Assembly (NCBI GenBank): GCA_050250895.1
Contig: JBFWNU010000006.1
Span: 315,710-379,709, forward strand
Length of the DNA: 64,000 bases
DNA from: Vulcanimicrobiota bacterium
Lineage (GTDB): Bacteria; Vulcanimicrobiota; Xenobia; Xenobiales; JADMJV01
Reading direction: 5' to 3'
The stretch's first letter is position 1; each line of letters starts with the position of its first letter. The position numbers and the translations under genes are program-made. Of the stretch, positions 9,345-18,330 are shown piece by piece. The notes beneath the pieces are model-generated. The model had not been told where the DNA came from and searched no databases. It was given only the letters and a program-made list of their open reading frames with translations.

Positions 9345-9987
9345 TGACCATCATCTAGTCCGCCAGATGATGGTAAATACTCTTTCCACTACCGACGGGC
9401 TCGAAGTGGTGGCCGAGGCTTCCAACGGCACCGAGGCATTAGAAGCATGCCGAAAGTTTCGTCCGCAGGTGCTGGTGCTGGATCTCAAGATGCCCGACAT
9501 GTCGGGGGTCGAAGTCACCCGCCGCGTCCAGAGCCTGCTGCCCGAGATGGGCGTCCTGATTCTGACGGCTGTCGAAGAGGAAGGACCCTTGTTCGAGTCG
9601 CTGGCTGCCGGGGCCCGCGGCTACCTACTCAAGGATGCCTCGGTGGATGAGGTGGTGGGAGCCATTCGCACGGTGGCCTCGGGGCGGGCCGTGCTGCATC
9701 CCCGCAGTACTCTGAGTCTGCTCAACGAGTTTCAACGGTCTCGCATGACCAACACGCGCAAGACCGATCAGAGCTTTGCCTCGACGCTCACCCGACTCAC
9801 TCCGCGTGAGCGTGAGGTTCTTCGCTTGATCGGACAGGGGTTTTCCAATCGAGAGATCGGGCGCCAGCTCGTCATCAGCGAGAAAACCGCCAAGACTCAC
9901 GTGGCCAATCTGCTGCGCCGGATCGGAGTCAAGGACCGGGTGGCCGCAGCGATTTTTGCCGTCAAAGCGGGCCTCTGCGAGCCCTGA
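9316..9987 (+). CDS. NarL/LuxR-family response regulator
   Basis: IADDHHLVR, LDLKMP, GYLLK, LTPREREVL..GFSNREIG..SEKTAKTHV; GGAGGA RBS. Confidence 0.95.
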   Translation: MGIIRVVIADDHHLVRQMMVNTLSTTDGLEVVAEASNGTEALEACRKFRPQVLVLDLKMPDMSGVEVTRRVQSLLPEMGVLILTAVEEEGPLFESLAAGARGYLLKDASVDEVVGAIRTVASGRAVLHPRSTLSLLNEFQRSRMTNTRKTDQSFASTLTRLTPREREVLRLIGQGFSNREIGRQLVISEKTAKTHVANLLRRIGVKDRVAAAIFAVKAGLCEP

Positions 9988-9995
9988 AAATGAAG

Positions 9996-10021
9996 AAGCC
10001 CCTCGATTTGGCGAGAGGCTT
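9996..10021. terminator. Probable bidirectional intrinsic terminator
   Basis: AAGCCCCTCG-ATTTGG-CGAGAGGCTT hairpin between convergent genes. Confidence 0.6.
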
Positions 10022-10041
10022 GTCGGCTCGAATGACCGGAT

Positions 10042-10212
10042 TCAGGCGGCTTGCCCCCTGGCTCGCATCCGCTCTAGCGTGCGCAGGGCCTTGTCTGAAA
10101 GGTATCCTTTGTCGTCGTAAGTCTCCCAAATGGACTGGAGAATTTCGTTGTCGGGAAAAAGGTCGTCCACTTCGGAAAGTAACTCGTCGACATAATCGCC
10201 TGAATGTCTCAT
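10042..10212 (-). CDS. Small acidic hypothetical protein (56 aa)
   Basis: Manual translation MRHSGDYVDELLSEVDDLFPDNEILQSIWETYDDKGYLSDKALRTLERMRARGQAA*; GGGAGG RBS 7 nt upstream; hairpin downstream. Confidence 0.65.
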   Translation of the reverse strand: MRHSGDYVDELLSEVDDLFPDNEILQSIWETYDDKGYLSDKALRTLERMRARGQAA

Positions 10213-10254
10213 CTCGGCGCCCTCCCTTTTTATGGTATTAACAGTCTAGTAGCG

Positions 10255-10310
10255 GTACTCCTGGAGTGCCATACTCCAAATGGATTAGGCTGACTACTCC
10301 GATCGAATGA
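10255..10310. promoter_or_regulatory. Three TACTCC half-sites (imperfect inverted repeats), putative response regulator operator
   Basis: TACTCC at 10256, 10272 and 10295, followed by TGGAGTG, AAATGGATTA and GATCGAATGA respectively. Confidence 0.4.
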
Positions 10311-10323
10311 TTTGTTAAAATCT

Positions 10324-11013
10324 CTAGGATTTGTAGGCGCTGCCTCGGTTTGCTTTGTGATAAGCCGCCACTTCGCGGGCTACCACCAGCCAGAGATAAA
10401 AACCGCAAGCGTAGCCGATGACCTGCCGCAAATAGGGAACGGGCAGCATCCAGCCCAGCACCCCTACCACAGGAATGAGCAGCAGTAACCAGGCAAAGCC
10501 GAAATATTCACCAGGGTCGGCAGTGACGAACTCGAAGATGTCGCGGAAGCGAAAGCCCCCTGGAATGTCGCCACTCTCGGCGAAGCAGGCCAGGGCGATC
10601 GGCATGAGCATCACGATGAGCGCCCACAGGGCCAGCGCCAACAGGCCCACAATGCCCACCAGGATCTCGCCGAACAAGCCGTGTTGCATGGTGCCCTTGG
10701 CCAGGGCGCTCTGGGTGCCGTAGATGTAGCCGAAGCTCAGCATCGTGATGGCTCCTGGAAGGCAGGCCAAAAGAGCATAGCCGGCCATCACCACGAAACC
10801 ACCCAGGCCCCGAAACAGATGGCCCGTGAACTCGTCCGAACTCCATCCTGGCAGAGTCCCGTCGTCACTACCATCCAGTCCTCGCTCGATGAGCAGCTGA
10901 ATGTAACCGAGGGGGGCGAAAAATACGATGGGGATGATGCTAAACAGCGTCCCAAGTGCGATTTTCTTGCCCGCTTCGCTGTCTCGCAACGGGGATTTGA
11001 AATCGATGGCCAT
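10324..11013 (-). CDS. DUF4013-like membrane protein
   Basis: IIPIVFFAPLGY..LPGWS pattern, multiple TMs, GGAGG RBS. Confidence 0.7.
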   Translation of the reverse strand: MAIDFKSPLRDSEAGKKIALGTLFSIIPIVFFAPLGYIQLLIERGLDGSDDGTLPGWSSDEFTGHLFRGLGGFVVMAGYALLACLPGAITMLSFGYIYGTQSALAKGTMQHGLFGEILVGIVGLLALALWALIVMLMPIALACFAESGDIPGGFRFRDIFEFVTADPGEYFGFAWLLLLIPVVGVLGWMLPVPYLRQVIGYACGFYLWLVVAREVAAYHKANRGSAYKS

Positions 11014-11256
11014 GGAGGCCTCCTGCTTCGTAGTCCCTCTAGATTTCGCGAGTTGCGGCGGCCTTCCCTGTCGGGGGTCGTGGCTAGAGCAAGTCGGCTC
11101 GCTCGGGCCCGGTTAGTTTTGCCTCGATCGGGGAAAGGAATTCGAACAGGACCAAATCGGCAGGACGGGAACGCAACCCGGGCGGGGAGTGTTGGTTTAC
11201 TAGGTGAGGTTCCCGGTGGGGTCGAAGTATCTCAGGGGGTTGGGTTAGGAGACGAC

Positions 11257-11451
11257 GTGAGCTTAGGACCTTTTGAAATCGTGGCGCTGGCCTTTTTGGC
11301 CGTGTTGATCTTTGGAACGGCCCCTTTCATTCGAGCCGGCTCCGCTCTCGGCCAGACGGTCAAAGAGTTCCGCAAGGCGGTTACGACCGCTGAGGCATCC
11401 GAGCCCGAAAAGCTCGAAGCACCCCAAGGAGAAGCGTCTGAAAAAGCTTGA
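11257..11451 (+). CDS. tatA: Twin-arginine translocase TatA/E subunit
   Basis: VSLGPFEIVALAFLAVLIFG..GSALGQTVKEFRKA; AGGAG RBS. Confidence 0.85.
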   Translation: MSLGPFEIVALAFLAVLIFGTAPFIRAGSALGQTVKEFRKAVTTAEASEPEKLEAPQGEASEKA

Positions 11452-11461
11452 AGACCAGCCG

Positions 11462-12154
11462 ATGACCTTCTTCGGTCATCTCGAGGAGCTGCGGTCACGC
11501 CTCTTGTGGTCGTTGTGGGCCTGGATATTGGCCTCCGGCGTGTGCTACTATTTCGTGCCAAAGTTGCTGGTGGTGGTGCGCGAGGAGTTTCTCGACGCCA
11601 AGATTCAGCTCATCTTCACCCATCCCACCGAGGCCTTCTTTGCCTATCTCAAGGTGGCTATGGTGGCGGGCACCTTCGTGGCTTCTCCGGTGCTGGGCTA
11701 CCACGTCTTGATGTTCGTGGTGCCGGGGCTCGAACAGCATGAACGTCGCTGGCTGTTTCGGCTGATGCCCTTTTCCATTCTGTTGTTTGTGGCCGGCTGC
11801 ACCTTTGCTTTCTACGTGGTGCTGCCGATCACGATGCACTTCTTCGTGAGTTTTTCCAACGAAGCTCTGACCCCGATGTTTACCGTAGGAGAATTCCTGG
11901 GCTTTGTGACGGGGGTGCTGTTACTCTGTGGGGTCGCCTTTCAAGTGCCGTTGGTGCTTTTCTTGGCGGCGCAATTAGGGCTCATCTCTTCAAAGATGCT
12001 GCGCCAGCATCGGCGCATCGCGATTTTCTTGTCTTTTCTCATCGCGGCCGTGGCCACGCCCACTCCCGACGCTTTCACCATGTCGGTTGTGGCCGTGCCT
12101 ATCTGGCTGCTCTTTGAGATCAGTGTGGTATTGATTCGAATCACGGGTAAATAG
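11462..12154 (+). CDS. tatC: Twin-arginine translocase TatC
   Basis: MTFFGHLEELRSRL, PTEAFFAYLK, VPGLEQHERR, AFQVP, TPTPDAFTM, LFEISV; start may lie a few codons upstream. Confidence 0.95.
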   Translation: MTFFGHLEELRSRLLWSLWAWILASGVCYYFVPKLLVVVREEFLDAKIQLIFTHPTEAFFAYLKVAMVAGTFVASPVLGYHVLMFVVPGLEQHERRWLFRLMPFSILLFVAGCTFAFYVVLPITMHFFVSFSNEALTPMFTVGEFLGFVTGVLLLCGVAFQVPLVLFLAAQLGLISSKMLRQHRRIAIFLSFLIAAVATPTPDAFTMSVVAVPIWLLFEISVVLIRITGK

Positions 12155-12173
12155 AGACTTGGAGGTCTACTTA

Positions 12174-12356
12174 ATGGACTACTTCACCATGGCCTGGACA
12201 CTGGGCCCCACTGAACTGATTGTCTTGTTGGTCATCGCGCTGGTGGTCTTCGGACCCAAGCGTTTGCCCGAACTGGGCGAGGCTTTTGGCAAAGGGATCA
12301 AGAGCTTCAAGAACGCCAGCAAAGAGCCTCCGGCCGAAGCCGACGAAACCGTTTGA
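12174..12356 (+). CDS. tatA: Twin-arginine translocase TatA subunit
   Basis: LGPTELIVLLVIALVVFGPKRLPELGEAFGKGIKSFK. Confidence 0.95.
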   Translation: MDYFTMAWTLGPTELIVLLVIALVVFGPKRLPELGEAFGKGIKSFKNASKEPPAEADETV

Positions 12357-12374
12357 GCCGGCTGGGAGTTTGAA

Positions 12375-12728
12375 GTGAGCCTAACGCCTTTGCTTGAGAT
12401 CGTTCCGGGGGAGAGCTATTACCGCGTGGTGGTCCGCGGCGATCTCGACATGGCCACTGTTCCCACCTTCAAGTCGAGGATGAGCGAGCTGGTCGCTCAG
12501 GGGGTGGTCCGTTTTGTGGTGGATATGACCGAGGTAGAGCACGCCGACACCACGGGTCTCGGCATCCTCGTCTGGCTGCACAAGACGGCCGAGCACGAAG
12601 GCGGAGCCCTTTGCTTGTTGGGCGGGCCACCGCAGTTTCGAAGGGTCCTAGAGCTGACCGGCCTCAATCAGTTGTTCACGTTCCACGAGCAGTTGTCCGA
12701 GGCCGAGAGCTTCCTCGGGTGTGTCTGA
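12375..12728 (+). CDS. STAS-domain anti-sigma factor antagonist
   Basis: GDLDMAT, VVDMTEVEHADTTGLGIL, VLELTGL. Confidence 0.85.
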   Translation: MSLTPLLEIVPGESYYRVVVRGDLDMATVPTFKSRMSELVAQGVVRFVVDMTEVEHADTTGLGILVWLHKTAEHEGGALCLLGGPPQFRRVLELTGLNQLFTFHEQLSEAESFLGCV

Positions 12729-13173
12729 CGACTATTACCAGCAGTTAAAAACCTTCTTCGAGCAGCAAGTCCGCTTCAACCGCCGGATGGGGTTGGTGGT
12801 GGAAGAGCTGGCGCCTGGATTGGCCCGCCTACGATTTCCGTTTCAAGAGGACTTCATGGGGGACCCTTTGCGGCAGGCCCTCCACGGCGGCGTCGTGGCC
12901 ACCATCATCGACCTGGCCGGGGGAATGGCTGTCTTCACGCGGTTGAGCCGGGGCGACGCCTGCTCGACCATCGATCTACGCGTCGACTATTACCTGCCCG
13001 CCGAGAGCCTGGATCTGGTGGCCGAGGCCCGTTTGGCACGCCTGGGCAACCGGGTGGCCGTCTCGAATATCGAGGTCATCCAGCCCGGCCGTTCTGGCCT
13101 GATTGCCGAAGGCCGAGGAGCCTACGCCATCAAGAACAAGGCCCTTCAGGGACCAGACGAAGAGGCCAGGTGA
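12721..13173 (+). CDS. PaaI-family hotdog thioesterase
   Basis: LHGGVVATIIDLAGG, STIDLRVDY, RLGNRVAV. Confidence 0.9.
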   Translation: MSDDYYQQLKTFFEQQVRFNRRMGLVVEELAPGLARLRFPFQEDFMGDPLRQALHGGVVATIIDLAGGMAVFTRLSRGDACSTIDLRVDYYLPAESLDLVAEARLARLGNRVAVSNIEVIQPGRSGLIAEGRGAYAIKNKALQGPDEEAR

Positions 13174-13775
13174 TAGGCCAGGATGGCCAGTTCGTGAGTA
13201 AGGTCGACATTGCGCACCACTACCGGTTCGACCATGCCCAGAGAGCGGCCGGTGAAGTTCAAAATGGCTTTGACGCCGCACTGAGTCAACAGTTCAGCCG
13301 TGCTTGGTGCGGCAGCCGCCGGCACCGCCAGCACTCCCAGATCGACGCTCAGAGGTTGCGGCAGGTCGGCGATGTCACAGACCGTCAAGCCGCCCAGTTC
13401 CTTGCCGACCTTGCCAGGGTCGGCGTCGAAGATGTGAACGATCTCGAATCCCCAACGCGCAAAGCCCGGGAAGTTGGCCAGCGCTGAACCGAGATTGCCG
13501 GCACCCACCAGCACCACCTTGTGTTGTCGATCCAGCTGCATGATCGAGGCGATGCGGCGCAACAGGTGTTGGACCGGGTAACCCAGTCCCTGAATGCCAA
13601 ACTCGCCGAAATAAGACAGGTCTTTCCGGAATTGTGAGGCTTTGATGCCCGCTCGCGATGCGATTTCTCCCGAGGAGACGATCGAGATGCCGCTCTCCTG
13701 CAGCTCAGCCAGGCAACGAAAATAGACGGGCAGCCTTGACACGGTGGGGTCGGGAATTTTCACGCGTTTATCCAT
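13146..13775 (-). CDS. rex: Redox-sensing transcriptional repressor Rex
   Basis: IPDPTVSRLPVYFR, QFRKDLSYFGEFG..GLGY, VGAGNLGSAL, AILNFT. Confidence 0.95.
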   Translation of the reverse strand: MDKRVKIPDPTVSRLPVYFRCLAELQESGISIVSSGEIASRAGIKASQFRKDLSYFGEFGIQGLGYPVQHLLRRIASIMQLDRQHKVVLVGAGNLGSALANFPGFARWGFEIVHIFDADPGKVGKELGGLTVCDIADLPQPLSVDLGVLAVPAAAAPSTAELLTQCGVKAILNFTGRSLGMVEPVVVRNVDLTHELAILAYHLASSSGP

Positions 13776-13804
13776 AGGGCGGGCTATAGGCAACGCGGTT
13801 TCGA

Positions 13805-14659
13805 CTATCGGCGTATTTTCCCTGTCTTCTTCTTGACGGGCAACTGATGCTCCCAGGCGGTCACCACCTGGGCCAGGCGCAGGCAGTCGATGAGAGGCTC
13901 GAGGCCATCAGGGCAGGGAGTGACGGCCTGGGCTATCAGGCGCACCGCATCCAGGTCGACATCCCCCTCGCGGAATTCGCCCCCGCGCACATACGATCCC
14001 AGATCCAGGACCAGCGTGGACGGACAGACCATGGATGCCCGGACCAGACCGACCACCCCGGTGGCCGCGATCAAAATCTCGGCCTGACGGGTGTGGCGGG
14101 ACAGATCGCGGGTCATCTCATGACAGATGGTGACGGTGGCATCGTGGGCCAGCAGCAAGAGGGCCAGCGGCTGGGCCAACCAGGGGCTGCGCCCGAGCAC
14201 TACTACCCGCCGCCCGGCCACCCCGTGTCCCTGGCTTTCGAGGAGCTTCAGGCAGGCCAGGCCGGCCAGGGGAGGGCGTTGCCCCAGGTTGAGAGGGTGG
14301 ACTCCATCGAGGTCGCGCCTGGCCAGTCCAGGTTGAGCCGCCAGCATGGATTCGAGCTCTTCGGTCACCGGAGGCTGGACCAGAAAACCATGAAAACGGT
14401 CCGAGCTGACCAGATACTCGAGGGTGGCCCGCACCTCGCGCTCGGCTCCACGAGCCGCGAAGCGGTAGTGCTGCGTTCGAATGCCCAGGTGAGCGGCGCG
14501 GCTGAGCAGCGACCCCGCTCGCGACCCCGCCGTCGTGCCGAGCTCGACGAGGGCCAACGAGGGAGGTTGGTGCTCAGCCATGAGGCGTTGGAGTCGCTGT
14601 GCCAAACGTTCATACAGTCGCTCGACGAACGAGGCGCTTTCTAGTAGTTCGGCGGCCAT
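13805..14659 (-). CDS. Divergent FolD-like methylene-THF dehydrogenase/cyclohydrolase homologue
   Basis: HGFLVQPP, RDLDGVHPLNLG, VVVLGRS, ATVTICH, GDVD, AVTPCPDG; key motifs are degenerate. Confidence 0.75.
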   Translation of the reverse strand: MAAELLESASFVERLYERLAQRLQRLMAEHQPPSLALVELGTTAGSRAGSLLSRAAHLGIRTQHYRFAARGAEREVRATLEYLVSSDRFHGFLVQPPVTEELESMLAAQPGLARRDLDGVHPLNLGQRPPLAGLACLKLLESQGHGVAGRRVVVLGRSPWLAQPLALLLLAHDATVTICHEMTRDLSRHTRQAEILIAATGVVGLVRASMVCPSTLVLDLGSYVRGGEFREGDVDLDAVRLIAQAVTPCPDGLEPLIDCLRLAQVVTAWEHQLPVKKKTGKIRR

Positions 14660-14894
14660 CTGTCGAGGTTCGTTAGACGGCTCTGCAAACCCTCGCGGGG
14701 AGCCAGACGACTTTCAAGTCATTCTCTCTGATACTAGGAAAGTGCGGTTTTTGCAGGAAGCTAGCAGCGGGTCCCAAAAGAGTGGCTTTTTATATGACGG
14801 ATTTCGTCGAATCACAGAGCATCGAATAGGCCGGCGTTAAGTGCCGCTCGTAGCGATCCAGCGCCGCCAATTTGACTAAGGAAGGTGAACACTA

Positions 14895-15080
14895 ATGCCG
14901 CCTAAGAAAGATACGAAAAAGAAAGCTACCGCGAAGAAAGACGCCGACAACAAAGGCGCCTCGAAGAAAGCGGCTGGCAAGTCTAGCTCGAAGCCTGCGG
15001 CCAAGAAGCCCGCTGCTAAGAGCGGTGGTGCCAAGAAGGCTGCTCCGCGGAAAAAAGGGACCCCGGTCAAAGAGATGTAG
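14895..15080 (+). CDS. Small Lys/Ala-rich histone H1-like protein
   Basis: 61 aa with KPAAKK repeats; AAGGAAGGT RBS; terminator downstream. Confidence 0.7.
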   Translation: MPPKKDTKKKATAKKDADNKGASKKAAGKSSSKPAAKKPAAKSGGAKKAAPRKKGTPVKEM

Positions 15081-15107
15081 CTCGCTACGCGACCGAAGGT
15101 TTCTGAG

Positions 15108-15132
15108 AAAGCCTCCCCCGGGAGGCTGTTTT
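15108..15132. terminator. Intrinsic terminator
   Basis: AGCCTCC-CCCG-GGAGGCT followed by GTTTT, between convergent genes. Confidence 0.7.
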
Positions 15133-15590
15133 CATGGTGACGAGAATCGTGCCGTGAAGTCGTCGGACTTCAATCCGAAGATTTCGGGCCGTTCTTCGTA
15201 GACGAGAAAGTCGTCAGAAACCCACTCCAGTAATCCCGATTCGGTGTCGAAGCCCACGACCCAATAGTACCTGCCCCGGGTCAACTCCTCGGTGGTGTGT
15301 TGGGCCCTGGCCAGAAACGTTCGCTGTTGGTCTTGCTGGTCGAGATGGCGGGTCAGGCTGCCAGCCAAGGCCACGAGGTAGTCTTCGGCCGGCACTTCGT
15401 CCAGGTCATTGCGCGCCTGCGCCAGTGCCGGCGGGTAGGCCAGCGCCGAGCGCAGTAGACCCGCCAGTTCCGGTGCGACCGCTTCGCCCTCGGGTTCAAA
15501 GGCAGCATAGATGCGAAAACTTCGGTCAGAAGGGGCGGCAAGTTCCAGAGCCTGGCCAGACGGACGGTGGGTGCTGACGAAGATTTTCAT
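15132..15590 (-). CDS. Hypothetical protein
   Basis: Fills the gap between genes with a globular-looking sequence (MKIFVSTHRP..YYWVVGFD). Confidence 0.6.
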   Translation of the reverse strand: MKIFVSTHRPSGQALELAAPSDRSFRIYAAFEPEGEAVAPELAGLLRSALAYPPALAQARNDLDEVPAEDYLVALAGSLTRHLDQQDQQRTFLARAQHTTEELTRGRYYWVVGFDTESGLLEWVSDDFLVYEERPEIFGLKSDDFTARFSSP

Positions 15591-15669
15591 TCGGCCTGGA
15601 GCTTGGTCTTTTGGGAGGGAAGTCCTGCCGGGGAGGGCAGGGGGACTGTCGTGTAGAAAAAAATTCACC

Positions 15670-16677
15670 ATGCCAGGCCCTCAACGTTTATTGACCCCCC
15701 AGGCCATTCGTGGCGACGAACAAGAGAACACGCTACGACCTCGGTGTCTCGACGAGTATGTGGGTCAGTCTGAAGTGGTCGCCAACCTGCGGGTGTTCAT
15801 CGAGGCGGCGCGCCAGCGTCAAGAACCGGTCGACCATGTGCTCTTATCGGGACCGCCCGGTCTGGGCAAGACCACTCTGGCCAGCCTGGTGGCCCGCGAG
15901 ATGGGGGCTCAGTTGCGCAGTACTTCGGGCCCGGCCATCGAGCGCCCCATCGACCTGTTGGTGTTGCTCAACAGTCTGACCGCCAACGATGTGCTCTTTG
16001 TCGACGAGATCCACCGCATGTCTCGCAACGTCGAGGAGATCCTCTATCCCGTGATGGAGGACCTGAGCTTCGACCGCATCATTTCCAAAGGGATGAAAAA
16101 GGGGGCCGTGCGCCATCGCATCGCCCCCTTTACCCTGGTTGGCGCCACCACTCGGGGCGGCTCGCTATCCGCCCCGCTGCGCTCTCGCTTCGGCATTCTG
16201 TTCCATCTAAACTATTACGATGTCGAGGATCTGGCTCGGATCGTCGAGCGGTCGGCCGGCATCCTCGCGATCGAGATCGAGCCCGACGGGGCTCACGAGG
16301 TCGCTGCGCGATGTCGCGGCACGCCACGCATCGCCAATCGATTGTTGCGACGCGTGCGTGACTATGCTCAGGTCGAGGGAGCCGTTTCGATCTGTCAGGG
16401 CGTTGCCCGAAGCGCGCTCGACCGCATGGGTATCGATCGCTGTGGGCTGGACCGCCTGGACCAGAAGATTCTAGAGTGCTTGATCCACAAGTTCGACGGG
16501 CGGCCCGTCGGGCTGGCCACGCTAGCGGCCGCGGTCCAGGAAGACCCCCACAACCTCGAAGAAATGTATGAGCCCTACCTGTTGGCTTCTGGGTTCTTAC
16601 AAAAAACTCCGCGGGGGCGCGTGGCCGCTCCGCGGAGTTATCGACATCTAGGGCTCGAGCCCCCGCCGGTCTACTGA
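15670..16677 (+). CDS. ruvB: Holliday junction helicase RuvB
   Basis: LRPRCLDEYVGQ, GPPGLGKTT, FVDEIHR, GATTR, RGTPRIANRLLRRVRD, EPYL, TPRGR. Confidence 0.97.
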   Translation: MPGPQRLLTPQAIRGDEQENTLRPRCLDEYVGQSEVVANLRVFIEAARQRQEPVDHVLLSGPPGLGKTTLASLVAREMGAQLRSTSGPAIERPIDLLVLLNSLTANDVLFVDEIHRMSRNVEEILYPVMEDLSFDRIISKGMKKGAVRHRIAPFTLVGATTRGGSLSAPLRSRFGILFHLNYYDVEDLARIVERSAGILAIEIEPDGAHEVAARCRGTPRIANRLLRRVRDYAQVEGAVSICQGVARSALDRMGIDRCGLDRLDQKILECLIHKFDGRPVGLATLAAAVQEDPHNLEEMYEPYLLASGFLQKTPRGRVAAPRSYRHLGLEPPPVY

Positions 16678-18197
16678 CGTGTGACCTCAATCTCGATCGG
16701 GGTGCTGTTGGCGTTGTCGGTAATGATCAGTAGCATCTTTCCATTTCTCGGCACGCGGCTGGCTTCGATTCCCACATCGAAGTGACCGCTAGAGCTGACC
16801 ATCGCGCTGCTCGAGAATTGGGCGGTGGCTCCCGCCAGCGCGCCGAGCACGTCGTTCTTCGAGTAGCGGACGACGACCTGGACCTGGGAGCCGGGCCGGC
16901 CACTACCCTGAACGTTGAAGTTCACCGGCAAAGTCATGCCAGAGCGGATGTTGCTCACGCTCAGCACGTTCCCGTTGACCATGAGTTGACTGGGGGCGTT
17001 GGCGGTAATGGTCTGCCCGTTGCTCAAGACCGCCCGGCCAACGATGGAGACGCTGCCGTTCTGGTTGCTGGGAACGGTGTAGCTGCCGGTGAAGTAACCC
17101 GTCGAGGTCTCGCGCATCGGGTTGTTGCTGAGGTTGCCCGCGTCGAAGTAGGCGCGCGAACCGGTGGGAGCGTTGTAAGAAACGCTCACTGTTTGACCCG
17201 GACTGACGTTGGTAGGACTGAAAGACAAGTTGGTGATGGAGTTGGTGATGGAGTTGGCGGTGGCGTTGATGGTGAAGGTCCATTGCTGGCGAATCTGACC
17301 GTTGCTCGCAAAGCCAATGGCGTCCACCTGATGCTGGCCGGGAGCCAGGTCGTAGCCGGGGTCCCAGTAGATGGCCTGGCCGCTGAAGCCGGATTGCGAG
17401 GTGAAGTCGCGTCCGTCGATGACCAGTTGAGCTCGCGAGACCCGCTGGCGGAAGTCCGCTCCGATCCGAGGACGCGAGACGGTCACGACCTCGCCGTTGT
17501 TGGGACTCATGGTGACCGAGGAGGAGCCGGCACCGGCCGAGCCGGTGGTGAAGCTCCATGCGTAGGAATAGTTTTGTCCGTTGGTGCCGGTGGCCGACAC
17601 CTCGGCCTTGTGAAGGCCGGGAGATAGGTCGTAGTCGGGCTTCCATACCAGGGCCTCGCGACGAACCTTGGCGGCTCGGGTGAAGTCGATGCCGTCGACA
17701 TAGAAGCGGTGGCTGTCGCGGCGGACGTCGCCCGGAAATCGAACTCGCACCCGCGGCTGGCTTTCGGAGACGCTTTCGTTGGGGCCGGGGTTGACCTCAA
17801 TACCGGTGTTGGCATTGTTGCTAGTACCGCTCGTGCCAGCGAGGACCGTGACGGTCCGGCTGGCTTCTTGAGCCGCTTCCCGATTGCCCAGCTTCAGGTA
17901 GCCGACCAGCACTCCTTTGTCGATTACCAGGCCCTGAGGGATGACATAACGAGTCTCGTAGCGGCCAGGTTGCGTCTCGGTCAGGGCGACGCTTTTGATG
18001 GCACCCAGAATCTCGAAGCGAGCCTGGCCTCCTCGGTCTCCCGTCAAGATGACTTCGAGCACGTCGCCAGCTCGCAGCTGGTTGGTTCCGGAGTGAATCA
18101 CCGAGTCGATCCTGGCCCGACGCTGGGCCAGGCCAGGACCGCTTACGATCAACAGGGACAATAACAAGCAAAGTAGTGTGGAACGTTTGGAAAACAT
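16671..18197 (-). CDS. Secreted beta-rich protein with repeated Ig-like modules
   Basis: Signal peptide MFSKRSTLLCLLL..AQ; duplicated modules (DGIDFT..WKPDYDLSPGLH / DGRDFT..WDPGYDLAPGQH). Confidence 0.7.
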   Translation of the reverse strand: MFSKRSTLLCLLLSLLIVSGPGLAQRRARIDSVIHSGTNQLRAGDVLEVILTGDRGGQARFEILGAIKSVALTETQPGRYETRYVIPQGLVIDKGVLVGYLKLGNREAAQEASRTVTVLAGTSGTSNNANTGIEVNPGPNESVSESQPRVRVRFPGDVRRDSHRFYVDGIDFTRAAKVRREALVWKPDYDLSPGLHKAEVSATGTNGQNYSYAWSFTTGSAGAGSSSVTMSPNNGEVVTVSRPRIGADFRQRVSRAQLVIDGRDFTSQSGFSGQAIYWDPGYDLAPGQHQVDAIGFASNGQIRQQWTFTINATANSITNSITNLSFSPTNVSPGQTVSVSYNAPTGSRAYFDAGNLSNNPMRETSTGYFTGSYTVPSNQNGSVSIVGRAVLSNGQTITANAPSQLMVNGNVLSVSNIRSGMTLPVNFNVQGSGRPGSQVQVVVRYSKNDVLGALAGATAQFSSSAMVSSSGHFDVGIEASRVPRNGKMLLIITDNANSTPIEIEVTRQ

Positions 18198-18330
18198 TGT
18201 GCGACCTTCCATTTTCGAGAGAGTTTCCCTTTCCGGACGGCCGGAGTTGGCGGCTGCACTCGGCTCTGACCGTGTCCCTTCCCAGGGGGAGGGTACGGGC
18301 TCGATCAGGAAGAACGGACGCGCCTCCGCT

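Noticed and set aside
9990-10241. 83-aa plus-strand ORF or possible ncRNA
   Set aside because: The minus-strand 56-aa ORF with an RBS and terminator explains the region better.
15670-16677. ruvB without adjacent ruvA/ruvC
   Set aside because: Split ruv genes are common and the protein looks canonical.
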